Below are positions 17,942-27,448 of a stretch of DNA of 64,000 bases, in pieces (within the stretch, counting starts at the first letter, position 1; each line of letters opens with the position of its first letter). Source of the DNA: Candidatus Saccharimonadales bacterium. GTDB taxonomy: Bacteria; Patescibacteriota; Saccharimonadia; UBA4664; SCTI01. The stretch lies in assembly GCA_035479795.1 (NCBI GenBank), contig DATIII010000004.1:15668-79667 (forward strand). Direction: 5' to 3'. Below the pieces are notes generated by a model. That model saw nothing but the letters and a program-made list of their open reading frames with translations, did not search any database and was not told the origin of the DNA. The translations under genes were made by a program, and so were the position numbers.

Positions 17942-18529
17942 TCAGCTGTCGATGCCGTCCGTCTCCGGTGGCTCCGTCTTGAGCTTGGTGTCGGACTTGA
18001 GCTTGATGGCAGCCGGCTTGATCTGGAACTGCTCCTCCGGATCGTTGACGGTGATGCCCTTGATCTTGCGGGCGTCGCGCAGAGCATCATCATCGTCTTT
18101 GAGTCTGTCCTTGACGATGATCCGCTTGGGTTCGGTGAACCGTTCGCTCCAGCCCCTCCGAGCAATGTCAGCTAGAGCCTTGTCTTCGTCATCGATACTG
18201 ACGGAGAGGGTGGTGGGCTTGAAGACCAGTTCGCCGTTAGGCAGTCGGATCGTCTTGGTCTCGCCGCGACCCTTCGCCAGCTCATCGCGGTAGTCATCGG
18301 CGAAGAGCTCCAGATCGGCTTCAAGTGCCGGAATGGCTTCGATGTCAGCCTGGATGTCAGCCTGGGCAGCCGCTACCAGGGTTGCCACTGTGGCATCGAG
18401 CTCGGCTTGCCGTCTGGCCACAGCGGCGTAAATACGCCGCAGCTCGCCGAGGTTGTTGTTGGCTTGGGTGATCTCCCCTGGAGGCACATTTGGATGTGCC
18501 GGGAGAGCGGGTGCTGCGTTAGCTCCCAT
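17942..18529 (-). CDS. Phage Mu Gam-like protein (host-nuclease inhibitor family)
   Basis: N-terminal coiled coil, then KTIRLPNGELVFKPTTLSVSIDDEDKALADIARRGWSERFTEPKRIIVKDRL...GITVNDPEEQFQIKP, matching the Gam-like family. GC-rich islet. Confidence 0.55.
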   Translation of the reverse strand: MGANAAPALPAHPNVPPGEITQANNNLGELRRIYAAVARRQAELDATVATLVAAAQADIQADIEAIPALEADLELFADDYRDELAKGRGETKTIRLPNGELVFKPTTLSVSIDDEDKALADIARRGWSERFTEPKRIIVKDRLKDDDDALRDARKIKGITVNDPEEQFQIKPAAIKLKSDTKLKTEPPETDGIDS

Positions 18530-18602
18530 GGTGCTCCAGTCTCTCGAATTTGGACTAGACTAGTTTGCCAGATTAGGTTCAGATTGGCAAGCATAAGAGG
18601 CA

Positions 18603-18631
18603 GCATTACGCATTGAAAATAGCAGGGATAT
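18603..18631 (+). promoter_or_regulatory. Candidate sigma70 promoter for the tRNA-Val pair
   Basis: TTGAAA, 17 nt, TATATT; about 25 nt upstream of the tRNA. Confidence 0.45.
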
Positions 18632-18655
18632 AAGCTATATTCTTATCTGTTGCGC

Positions 18656-18732
18656 GGATCCTTAGCTCAGTTGGCTAGAGCACTTCATTGACGTTGAAGG
18701 GGTCAGAGGTTCGAGTCCTCTAGGATCCACCA
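18656..18732 (+). tRNA. tRNA-Val (anticodon GAC)
   Basis: GGATCCT/AGGATCC acceptor, anticodon loop TTGACGT, T-loop GGTTCGAGTCC, CCA encoded. Confidence 0.9.
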
Positions 18733-18845
18733 TTTTAAAAAGACGAATTTTAGAACCAAGCGAAGCTGTTCGGAAATTCGACAGGAACAGCGATGTGGAA
18801 GCTGAAGCAATGAGATTGCGTAAGCTGGAAGTGCCGCTGTGACGA

Positions 18846-18922
18846 GGATCTGTAGCTCAGTTGGTTAGAGCGCTTGATTCACATTCAAGAGGTCACAGGT
18901 TCGAGTCCTGTCAGATCCACCA
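18846..18922 (+). tRNA. tRNA-Val (anticodon CAC)
   Basis: GGATCTG/CAGATCC acceptor, anticodon loop TTCACAT, CCA encoded. Confidence 0.9.
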
Positions 18923-18923
18923 T

Positions 18924-18950
18924 TTCACCCGCTAGGGTGATTTTTTGTCA
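18924..18950 (+). terminator. Intrinsic terminator after the tRNA-Val pair
   Basis: TCACCCgctaGGGTGATTTTTTG. Confidence 0.6.
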
Positions 18951-19089
18951 CAGGACGTGGCGGTCATCTGGCGGATGATGTGCTTGCCGCGTCGATTGAC
19001 TGGGAGGTGCCAGAATGGGCCAAGGGCTGGCTGGCCTGAACGGTGTCGGGCCCGGAGATAAATCTGAGCCGGACACTCGACCTTTAATC

Positions 19090-19288
19090 CGGATTTGGTT
19101 ATTATGTATAGGTTGAGAGTTCAATAGAGCCCAAGCGAGAGTACCGCCTCGCCAGCTCCGTTACCGGTGACGTCACATCGGCCAAGAGTGCCTCGGCAAT
19201 GTCCGGGGAAGTTTGGTGGAACCGCTCGCTGTATAGTGAGTCCGAACGCGCAAGTATTTGCGTGTTTTTTGTTTTTTAAGCGAGGTAT
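19090..19288 (+). promoter_or_regulatory. T-box riboswitch leader (Thr specifier) controlling thrS
   Basis: T-box sequence AAGTTTGGTGGAACCGCTCG (UGGA complementary to the ACCA end of tRNA-Thr, whose discriminator is U). Stem-I-like AGAGA elements and an ACC codon in the GTTACCGGTGA loop. Terminator AACGCGCAAgtatTTGCGTGTTTTTTGTTTTTT ends 15 nt before the thrS start. Confidence 0.55.
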
Positions 19289-19291
19289 CAG

Positions 19292-21136
19292 ATGGCTGAA
19301 GTCAAAAAAACCAAAGAAAATGATTTGCATGCCATGCGGCATTCCATGTCTCATATACTGGCCACGGCTATGCAGTCATTATATAAGGGCGTTAAGTTTG
19401 GTGTGGGTCCGGTCATCGAAAACGGTTTTTATTATGATTTCGACCTCGGCGAGACAACTCTAAGTCCGGAGGACCTACCCAAGGTTGAGGCTGAGATGCG
19501 GGAGGTGATTAAGGCGGACTATCCGTTTGAGAGCCGCGAACATAGTCTGGAAGAAGCGATTGGTTACTTCGAAAAGCATGAGCAGCCGTATAAAGTTGAG
19601 CTTGTTCGCGACATCAAAAAGCATGGTACGACTGTAATGAGTGAGATTGAAGGTGGAGTGGCAGCAGGTGGTGATGTAGATAAAATCACAACAGTAACCT
19701 TCTACAAAATTGGTCCGTTCATTGATCTTTGCCGTGGCGGCCATCTGAAAAGCACCGGTGGGGCGGGTGCATTTAAGCTCACAAAAGTCTCGAGTGCGTA
19801 TTGGCGGGGTGATGAGAAAAACCCCCAGCTTCAGCGCATTTATGGAGTGGCCTTTGCCACCGAAGCCGAATTGAACAAATATTTGGAGCAAGTTGAAGAA
19901 GCCGAGAAGCGCGACCATCGTAAGCTAGGTTCGCAGTTGGATATCTTTGTTCAAAGTGAGATCGTCGGTGCTGGCTTGCCGCTCTTTACTCCAAATGGTA
20001 CCGCGATGATTAATGCCATGATGAACCTGGTGCGCGACATCAATACACCTGATGGATATGAGGAAGTCCGGACCGGCCACGTGACTCGAACTGAGCTCTA
20101 CAAGATATCTGGTCACCTCGATAAATTTGGCGACGACCTGTTTGTGGTGGAGGCCGGCGAAGACAAGCTTGCCATGAAGCCAATGAACTGCCCGCATCAT
20201 ACTCAGCTGTATGACCGAGAAATGCGCAGCTACCGCGACCTGCCGATCAAGTATGCCGAGTTTTCGACTCTGCATCGTAATGAGGTCAAGGGTGCGCTGG
20301 GGGGTCTGACCCGAGTACGGGCTCTAACCCAAGATGATGCCCACGCCTTCGTGCGGCCGGATCAGGTGGAGGGCGAGATTGAGATGGTGGTAAAACAGGT
20401 TGATCGACTTCTCAGCACGTATCATCTGGACTACCATGTGCGCCTAAGTTTGCGCGACCCGAAGGATATGAAGGCCTATCTCGGTGACGCCAAGGTGTGG
20501 GATAAGGCCGAAGCCATGCTCCGCGACCTGGCGGGTAAGTTCAAGATGAAGTTCGTGGAGGCGCAAGGCGAAGCGGCCTTCTACGGTCCAAAAATGGACT
20601 TCATGGCCGTCGATGCCATCGGCCGCGAGTGGCAGGTTTCGACTATCCAGCTGGATTTCCAGCAGCCGGAACGGTTTGATCTTAGCTTTGTGGATGAGAA
20701 GGGCGTTAAGCAAAGGCCGGTGATGATCCACCGCGCCTTGAATGGCACCTTTGAACGCATGCTGGGCATTTTGATCGAGCATTACGCCGGTAATTTCCCG
20801 GTTTGGCTCGCACCAGAGCAGGTGCGGCTGGCCACGGTCAATGATTCCAAGGAAATTACCGATAAAGCCTATGAAATGCGAGATGCGTTGAAGATTGCGG
20901 GCCTGCGCACGGAGCTGGATGTGTCCAGCGAATCAGTGGGCAAGAAGATCCGCGCCGCCAGTCTGGCCAAGGTGCCGTATACGATCGTGGTGGGCGAGCG
21001 CGAGGCGGCCGGCGAGCCGGTGTCTGTTCGATTACGCGCCGATATGGGTGAGAAGGATGTGAAAGTGAAGTTTGATAAATTCATCGAAACCGTAAAGCAG
21101 GAGGTCGCCGACCGTGTCGGCCAAAGCTCACTCTGA
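19292..21136 (+). CDS. thrS: Threonyl-tRNA synthetase
   Basis: 614 aa; class II aaRS core with C-terminal anticodon-binding domain; GAGG Shine-Dalgarno. Confidence 0.9.
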   Translation: MAEVKKTKENDLHAMRHSMSHILATAMQSLYKGVKFGVGPVIENGFYYDFDLGETTLSPEDLPKVEAEMREVIKADYPFESREHSLEEAIGYFEKHEQPYKVELVRDIKKHGTTVMSEIEGGVAAGGDVDKITTVTFYKIGPFIDLCRGGHLKSTGGAGAFKLTKVSSAYWRGDEKNPQLQRIYGVAFATEAELNKYLEQVEEAEKRDHRKLGSQLDIFVQSEIVGAGLPLFTPNGTAMINAMMNLVRDINTPDGYEEVRTGHVTRTELYKISGHLDKFGDDLFVVEAGEDKLAMKPMNCPHHTQLYDREMRSYRDLPIKYAEFSTLHRNEVKGALGGLTRVRALTQDDAHAFVRPDQVEGEIEMVVKQVDRLLSTYHLDYHVRLSLRDPKDMKAYLGDAKVWDKAEAMLRDLAGKFKMKFVEAQGEAAFYGPKMDFMAVDAIGREWQVSTIQLDFQQPERFDLSFVDEKGVKQRPVMIHRALNGTFERMLGILIEHYAGNFPVWLAPEQVRLATVNDSKEITDKAYEMRDALKIAGLRTELDVSSESVGKKIRAASLAKVPYTIVVGEREAAGEPVSVRLRADMGEKDVKVKFDKFIETVKQEVADRVGQSSL

Positions 21137-21947
21137 ATCGGCCCTGCTGACGAGCCTGGTTGACCAATACCAGCTTGAGGTTGATGGCGTTAAGTTCTGG
21201 ACGCCGTATTTCATCAATTCTCAAACCAGCGATACAGTCAAAAGGCCAAATATGCCGGCGCCCTATCTAGGGAAGGGCACTCCCGAGCAAATTAAATTTG
21301 CACTGGCTGAAGCGCTCAAAAATGAGAACGCCCACTTTAGCACAGGCGAAGAGTACAGGACCTTTATGCACGATCAATTGATTGGCGTGGAGTGCTCGGG
21401 ATTTGCTTACTATGTTTATGACGAGCTTCTCAAAGCCACTCGAGGTACTGAGTTGGCCAATCATCTTTTTTGGAGTCGCGAGGAGCTACTTGATGCCTTC
21501 GACAAAGGAATTCCTTGGCACAGGCCGGAGCTGGCTCGTTCAACGGTAGAGGCGTATCCGAATGTCATCTCGTTGGCAGACGTCTGCAAAGACTGGGGAT
21601 GGAAAGAACCGCGGCGAATGGTAAGGGGTGATCGTTATTGGCAGCCAGCCGGAGTTATTGATCTGTATGGCTTTAGTGACTTGCGTTCGGGAGATATGAT
21701 CACCATGAGGGAGAAGGGCAGTGAGATAGGACATTTGGTGATAGTGGTTGAAATCAATGGTGCGCGAATTACTTACGCCCATTCAAGTCGGATTAAGAGC
21801 ACCGATAACGGTGGAGTCCACTACGGCTCATTTGAAGTTACAGTTCCAGAAAGCTCCGTCGAGAAGCAAAAGTGGGAGGAGACTGAATTTCTGAAGACGC
21901 ATTATCGCTATCGTCTACAGCGCCTCAAAGTGCTAGGCGCCCGGTGA
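21114..21947 (+). CDS. Hypothetical protein with NlpC/P60-like (papain-fold) Cys/His motifs
   Basis: GVECSGFAYYVYDEL resembles the NlpC/P60 DCSGFV catalytic Cys context and IGHLVIVVE the His. No signal peptide. Overlaps the thrS end by 23 nt. Confidence 0.4.
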   Translation: MSAKAHSESALLTSLVDQYQLEVDGVKFWTPYFINSQTSDTVKRPNMPAPYLGKGTPEQIKFALAEALKNENAHFSTGEEYRTFMHDQLIGVECSGFAYYVYDELLKATRGTELANHLFWSREELLDAFDKGIPWHRPELARSTVEAYPNVISLADVCKDWGWKEPRRMVRGDRYWQPAGVIDLYGFSDLRSGDMITMREKGSEIGHLVIVVEINGARITYAHSSRIKSTDNGGVHYGSFEVTVPESSVEKQKWEETEFLKTHYRYRLQRLKVLGAR

Positions 21948-22267
21948 CACAGCGACAGGTTAATCAGTTTAGTCAGGATGTTTACGACATCGTTGCCCAG
22001 ATTCCCAAAGGTCGGGTGATGACATATGGGCAGATTGCTGCTCTGTGTGGCAGTCCACGGTCGGCACGGATTGTTGGGCAGGTGGCACACTGGGGGCCGC
22101 TGGAGCTGCCATGGCAACGGGTGGTTAATAAGAGTGGCGGCTTAGCAGGCGGGTATACCACAGGTGGCCGCGAAGCCCACAAACGTGACTTGGAGGCCGA
22201 TGGAGTTGTGGTGAATGATTATCGGGTGGATGTCGATCGTTTGATCTGGTGGCCGACCGATGTCTAA
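21944..22267 (+). CDS. MGMT-family DNA-binding domain protein (alkyltransferase-like)
   Basis: IPKGRVMTYGQIAALCGSPRSARIVGQV matches the methylated-DNA-protein-cysteine methyltransferase C-terminal domain. Confidence 0.65.
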   Translation: MTQRQVNQFSQDVYDIVAQIPKGRVMTYGQIAALCGSPRSARIVGQVAHWGPLELPWQRVVNKSGGLAGGYTTGGREAHKRDLEADGVVVNDYRVDVDRLIWWPTDV

Positions 22268-23120
22268 GCCCATAATCGCTATTGTCGGACCGACGGCCAG
22301 TGGCAAAACGGCTCTGGGGATTGAGATCGCCAAGCGCCATAGCGGCGAAATAATCTGTGCCGACAGCCGCACGGTCTATAAGGGAATGGATATCGGAACG
22401 GCTAAGCCGACGGCCGAGGAGCGGGCTGAGGTGCCTCATCATTTGCTGGATGTGGTGACGCCCGATCAGGTTTTTACGGCGTCCGAGTTTCAGAACCTTG
22501 CACGTGATGCCATCTCCGATATTGAGAGTCGAGGTAAGCTGGCGATCATAGTCGGTGGGACTGGTCTGTACGTTGATGCGGTGTTGTATGATTACAACTT
22601 TCCGCCGGAAAACCAAAAACTGCGGGCCGAAGTGAAGGCTTTATCTAAGACTGAGCTTCAGGAAAGGGCGCGAGAACTGGAGATAGAGCTCAACGGCAGT
22701 GATTTTAATAACCCGCTACGGCTGGCGCGAGCCATCGAGACAGTCGGCCAGCCGAAGGGCAAGTCAGCACTGAGACCCCAGGCCTTAGTAATTGGCTTGG
22801 ACATCAATCGGCCAGAGCTTGAGAAACGAATTCGGGCACGTATCACCCAAATGTTGAAGGCGGGTTTTATGGCTGAGGTTAACGAGCTGCTTGCGAAATA
22901 CGGATCCGATGCCCCAGGGTTAAACGGTATTGGCTATCGGGCATTTGCTAAGGAGCAGGCTACTAAAGATGCGGTTGAGGAATTTGTGCGCGGCGATTTG
23001 AACTTGGCCAAGAGGCAAATGACTTGGTTTAAGCGTAATGGCGACATTCATTGGGTGGAGTCTCCGGCCGAAGGGCTCAAGCTAGCAGAGGAGTTTTTGT
23101 CATCGCGAGGAATAGCATGA
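22260..23120 (+). CDS. miaA: tRNA dimethylallyltransferase
   Basis: IIAIVGPTASGKTALGIEIAK P-loop and DSRTVYKGMDIGTAKP motif. Confidence 0.85.
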   Translation: MSKPIIAIVGPTASGKTALGIEIAKRHSGEIICADSRTVYKGMDIGTAKPTAEERAEVPHHLLDVVTPDQVFTASEFQNLARDAISDIESRGKLAIIVGGTGLYVDAVLYDYNFPPENQKLRAEVKALSKTELQERARELEIELNGSDFNNPLRLARAIETVGQPKGKSALRPQALVIGLDINRPELEKRIRARITQMLKAGFMAEVNELLAKYGSDAPGLNGIGYRAFAKEQATKDAVEEFVRGDLNLAKRQMTWFKRNGDIHWVESPAEGLKLAEEFLSSRGIA

Positions 23121-23187
23121 CGCGGCGATCTCAAATGCTGGATTGCCGCACTCGCTCTAGGGTGACGGATGAGGGTATAATTTTCAT

Positions 23188-24543
23188 ATGCCCATAAGCT
23201 TTACCATTTTTGTGGCCAAAACCTTATCCGTACTTAGTCGCGGCCTGGGGAGGGGGAGCGGGTCGGCCTTGCCCGGACTGATCGCTGAACGGCTCGACCC
23301 CGGGATCGGCCGCAAGCTGGCTCGGCGTCTGCCGCATGGCAGTATTATTGTCACAGGCACCAACGGCAAGACCACCACTTCAAGATTACTAGCTGGAATT
23401 ATGACCGACAGCGGCGACAGGCTAGTTACTAATCGGGCAGGTTCGAACTTAAGCCGGGGAGTGGTCTCGGCCTTAATTGATCATGCCGGTCTAAGTGGCA
23501 GATTTAAAGAAACTGCTGGGCTGTTTGAGGTTGATGAGGCAGCTATGCCGGCTGTGGCTAGGATGTTGCAGCCCCGTGCCATTATTGTCCTGAATCTGTT
23601 TCGTGACCAGTTGGATCGCTACGGTGAGCTAGATACCACGGCGAACCTGGTAGGTCAGGGCATTGAGGCCACCAAGGCCGAAGTCTATCTGAATGCCGAC
23701 GATCCGCTGGTGGCCACCTTGGCTAAATACGCGGCCGGCAGGGTTAAGTTTTTTGGGATCGATAAGGTTCCGATTAAAAAGCTTGAACATGACCATAGTG
23801 CCGACTCGGCACATTGCCCCGTTGATGGCCGAGCTCTTAAGTTTAGCCAGAACTTCTTTGGTCACATTGGCCACTACAAGTGTCCCAACGGAGATTTTGC
23901 CAGGCCTCGCCCAGATGTATCGGCTAATCATTTAAAGCTTGGTGATTCGACAACGTTTCGGCTAGAAAATGGTGAATCCGAAGCTATCAAATTGAATTTG
24001 CCAGGCATTTACAACGTTTACAATGCATTAGCGGCCGGGGCGCTGGCCGTTGACCATTTAGGACTCGAGCCAGCCTCGGTGGCGCGGTCAATTGAGAACG
24101 TTAAAGCCGCCTTTGGGAGGGTCGAGCAACTGGAGTGGATGGGCAAAAAGCTCAATCTGCTGCTGGTTAAAAATCCGACCGGCTTTAATCAGGTAATTCA
24201 AACCTTTATGTTGAAGAAAAAACAACAAAAAGTTCTATTTATTATCAATGATAACTTTGCAGACGGTCGTGATGTCTCCTGGCTGTGGGATGTGGCCTTT
24301 GAGGAGCTTGTAGGCATGAAACACCACATTACGACCTCGGGAATTCGCTCAGCCGATATGGCCTTGCGCCTCAAATACGCAGAAGTTAAGGCCGAGCTGG
24401 GTGACGTAGGGATTCGCCGAGCATTGAAACATTTTTGTGCTCAACTTGATGAAAATGAAGTTGGATTAGTTGTCCCAACCTACACTGCAATGCTGGAAAC
24501 CCGACAGATTATGGCTGGCTCAAAGCTGGAGGAACCGGTATGA
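23188..24543 (+). CDS. murT: Lipid II isoglutaminyl synthase, Mur-ligase-like subunit MurT
   Basis: VTGTNGKTTT Mur ligase P-loop; Cys-rich CPVDGRALKF...HYKCPNG insert; MurT-like C-terminal domain. Confidence 0.75.
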   Translation: MPISFTIFVAKTLSVLSRGLGRGSGSALPGLIAERLDPGIGRKLARRLPHGSIIVTGTNGKTTTSRLLAGIMTDSGDRLVTNRAGSNLSRGVVSALIDHAGLSGRFKETAGLFEVDEAAMPAVARMLQPRAIIVLNLFRDQLDRYGELDTTANLVGQGIEATKAEVYLNADDPLVATLAKYAAGRVKFFGIDKVPIKKLEHDHSADSAHCPVDGRALKFSQNFFGHIGHYKCPNGDFARPRPDVSANHLKLGDSTTFRLENGESEAIKLNLPGIYNVYNALAAGALAVDHLGLEPASVARSIENVKAAFGRVEQLEWMGKKLNLLLVKNPTGFNQVIQTFMLKKKQQKVLFIINDNFADGRDVSWLWDVAFEELVGMKHHITTSGIRSADMALRLKYAEVKAELGDVGIRRALKHFCAQLDENEVGLVVPTYTAMLETRQIMAGSKLEEPV

Positions 24544-25262
24544 GTCAGCAATCGATTACTATCCTGCATCTCTACCCTCGTGAACTAAATATTTACGGTG
24601 ATAGGGGTAATATCCAGACACTGGTGCGCCGGCTGGAGTGGCGAGGTATCAGCGCCAAGGTAGTTGAGTTAGGTATCGGCGACGAATTTGATATGGAGAA
24701 GGCTGATATTATCTTTGGCGGCGGCGGCCAGGACCGTGGTCAGATTGCCGTGGGCCATGACTTGCAGCGACATAAGCGGGCACTTACCAAGGCCGCCGAA
24801 GCCTTGGTGCCGATGCTGACCATTTGTGGCACCTATCAGCTGTTTGGCCGCGGCTTCACCACTCTAGATGGCGACACCATCCCGGGGATTGGCATCTTCA
24901 AGGCTCATACCACGGGATCCCGGCTGCGCATGATTGGGAATGCCATTGTCGAAACTGAGTTTGGACGCTTGGTTGGCTTCGAAAACCACAGTGGCCGAAC
25001 TCATTTAGAGTCAGGGCAGGAAGCCCTAGGAAGACTTAAGCAGGGTTATGGTAATGACGGCCGCAGCGGCAAAGAAGGGGCTCGGGCCCACAATGTCTTT
25101 GGCACCTATTTGCATGGGCCGATCCTGCCCAAGAATCCAGCACTGGCTGATGAACTAATCCTAGCCGCCATGCGAAACAAATACGGCGTGACCGAGCTGT
25201 CTCCTGTGGAAGACAGCCTGGAGTTATTGGCAGCTAAGTCCGCGGCTAAAAGACCACAATAG
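24540..25262 (+). CDS. gatD: Lipid II isoglutaminyl synthase, glutaminase subunit GatD (class-I glutamine amidotransferase-like)
   Basis: ATGA overlap with murT; TICGTYQLFG catalytic Cys context and HG..L GATase-like region. Confidence 0.7.
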   Translation: MSQQSITILHLYPRELNIYGDRGNIQTLVRRLEWRGISAKVVELGIGDEFDMEKADIIFGGGGQDRGQIAVGHDLQRHKRALTKAAEALVPMLTICGTYQLFGRGFTTLDGDTIPGIGIFKAHTTGSRLRMIGNAIVETEFGRLVGFENHSGRTHLESGQEALGRLKQGYGNDGRSGKEGARAHNVFGTYLHGPILPKNPALADELILAAMRNKYGVTELSPVEDSLELLAAKSAAKRPQ

Positions 25263-25310
25263 TCTGACCCACTGGCAACAAGTCACCATAAGCGGTAAGA
25301 TTAGGCCAAG

Positions 25311-26681
25311 ATGAAGGATGAGGTCCCAGTGGAGCCTGCCCCGAACCCGGTAAAGAAGATTCTCGATACCGAAGTAAATCTGCGCCCTGTCGTCGATAAG
25401 CTGGGCTTCAACCGCTTCCTGCGCATTCTCGGCCCCGGCATTATCACCGGCGCAGCCGACGACGATCCATCGGGCATCGCCACCTACTCGCAAGCCGGTG
25501 CCCAGTTTGGCTACGGTTTAGCCTGGACCATGTTATTCACCTTCCCGTTGATGACAGCCGTGCAGGAGGCTTGCGCTCGGATCGGCGCGGTAACCGGCAA
25601 AGGGCTGGCCGCCGTTTTACGTGATAATTACAGCCGCAAAGTGCTTTACCCGGTCGTCGCTCTTGTCGTGGCTGCCAACACCTTTAATATAGGCTCCGAT
25701 ATTGGAGCTTTAGGTGCCGGAGTGCAATTATTCGCCCCCCAGATTCCTTTTGCCGTCATTGCCATTGCCTTTACCGTTTTAATGATTGGCCTGGAGGTAA
25801 TGCTTTCCTATAAAACCTATACCAAGCTACTAAAATGGTTGGCGCTGGCCCTGCTTTCATACACCGTTACAGCTTTAATTGTGAACCTGCCATGGGGGAC
25901 GGTGGTGCGCGCAACCTTCGTGCCGCACATCCAGCTGAATGCCGACTATCTGTTTATCATCGTTGGGGTTCTCGGCACCACTATTTCACCTTATTTATTT
26001 TTCTGGGAAACCTCGGCAGTGGTAGAGGAGGAGATTTCTGAACACCGCCTCGCCCAGAAGGGCGGCATTCCACGTTTGTCGCGACGGTTTTTAAAAAATA
26101 TGCGCCTGGATAATGCCATTGGTATGGCCTTCTCCAATATCACGGCTTGGTTTATCATCCTCACCGCCGCCGCCGTATTGAACTCTCACGGCATCACCCA
26201 AATCAACAGCGCGGCTGATGCGGCCAAGGCGCTGGAGCCATTAGTTCAAGGCTTCCCTAATGCCGGTTTGGTTGCCAAGGTCATCTTTGCCATTGGCATG
26301 ATTGGTGTTGGCCTACTTTCGGTGCCAGTTTTGGCCGGTTCATCATCTTACGCGCTGAGTGAAGTTTTTGGTTGGCGGGAGGGTTTGTACCGCAAGGCGT
26401 CAAAGGCCCGAGGTTTCTACGCTGTGATTGCCATTGGCACCCTGCTTGGCTTGTTTATGAACTTCGTTGGCTTTGACCCAATAAAGGCACTGGTGTTAAC
26501 TGCTGTTTTTAATGGTATTGCGGCCGTGCCGCTCATATTTCTAATTCTGAAAGTTGGCGGTAATCGCGAGATCATGGGGGACTACCGCCACGGTGGTGTT
26601 TCTCGAGCCTTATTATGGATAACTTTTCTTGTCATGGGCGCCGCCGCTCTAGCCTTATTTGCTTCATTTATACACTTTTAA
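25311..26681 (+). CDS. mntH: NRAMP-family divalent metal transporter
   Basis: LGPGIITGAADDDPSGIATYSQAGAQFGY signature and about 11 TM helices. Confidence 0.8.
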   Translation: MKDEVPVEPAPNPVKKILDTEVNLRPVVDKLGFNRFLRILGPGIITGAADDDPSGIATYSQAGAQFGYGLAWTMLFTFPLMTAVQEACARIGAVTGKGLAAVLRDNYSRKVLYPVVALVVAANTFNIGSDIGALGAGVQLFAPQIPFAVIAIAFTVLMIGLEVMLSYKTYTKLLKWLALALLSYTVTALIVNLPWGTVVRATFVPHIQLNADYLFIIVGVLGTTISPYLFFWETSAVVEEEISEHRLAQKGGIPRLSRRFLKNMRLDNAIGMAFSNITAWFIILTAAAVLNSHGITQINSAADAAKALEPLVQGFPNAGLVAKVIFAIGMIGVGLLSVPVLAGSSSYALSEVFGWREGLYRKASKARGFYAVIAIGTLLGLFMNFVGFDPIKALVLTAVFNGIAAVPLIFLILKVGGNREIMGDYRHGGVSRALLWITFLVMGAAALALFASFIHF

Positions 26682-26777
26682 AGCCGAATAAACAGCTGAA
26701 CACAAAAGTTAGTGGCACATCGCTCCAGCTTTGCTATAATGCTGTACAGATATAATCACAGTAGTGAGGCATGAAGA

Positions 26778-27446
26778 GTGTTCGAAAGCTTGTTCGGGTC
26801 AAAGACCCGAGTAAAATTACTAAGTCTGTTTTTAAATAATCCCAATCGCCAGTACTATGTGCGGGAAATCACCCGCATTATTGATGAGCAGATTAATTCG
26901 GTTCGCCGTGAGCTATCCAATCTTCTGGCCATCGGTATTATTAGCTCCGATTCCAACAATAACCGGCTTTATTACGAGGTTAACCAGGACTATCAGTTCT
27001 ACGCACCGTTGCGATCGATCTTCACCAATATCGCGGCCGAAGAGCCGCAGCTTCAGGAGACCCGTGAAGAAGATATGGTGGCCAAAAAGCTCCGCACCAC
27101 GGGTAAGATTGAGCTAGCCTTTTTAACTGGCTCCTTCACCCGCGACCCACTGGCCGAAACTGATCTTTTCATCATGGGTGATGTAAATCGTTCCAAGGTG
27201 GCCAAGACAGTGAGCGAGATCGAAGGCGATATGAATCGTGGAATTAACTACACAATCATGACGCCGGAAGATTTTGCTTACCGGCAGCGGATGAATGACC
27301 GTTTCCTCATGGGTGTGCTCGATGCCAAGCGGGTGCCGTTGATTGACGAGTCGGCCAAGCGCGTCAAGAAGGCACCGGCTAAGCTGGTGGATGACATTCC
27401 TGAGGTATCGGTGCCGGTAGAAGTAGAAATCAAGGCGGAGGGTTAG
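26778..27446 (+). CDS. Winged-helix-like putative regulator with C-terminal domain of unknown function
   Basis: N-terminal wHTH-like region KLLSLFLNNPNRQYYVREITRII...; moderate support only. Confidence 0.4.
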   Translation: MFESLFGSKTRVKLLSLFLNNPNRQYYVREITRIIDEQINSVRRELSNLLAIGIISSDSNNNRLYYEVNQDYQFYAPLRSIFTNIAAEEPQLQETREEDMVAKKLRTTGKIELAFLTGSFTRDPLAETDLFIMGDVNRSKVAKTVSEIEGDMNRGINYTIMTPEDFAYRQRMNDRFLMGVLDAKRVPLIDESAKRVKKAPAKLVDDIPEVSVPVEVEIKAEG

Positions 27447-27448
27447 AG

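Noticed and set aside
17888-18293. Plus-strand ORFs antisense to the Gam-like gene.
   Set aside because: Ser/Leu/Arg-rich low-complexity translations; the Gam-like frame has a family-like sequence.
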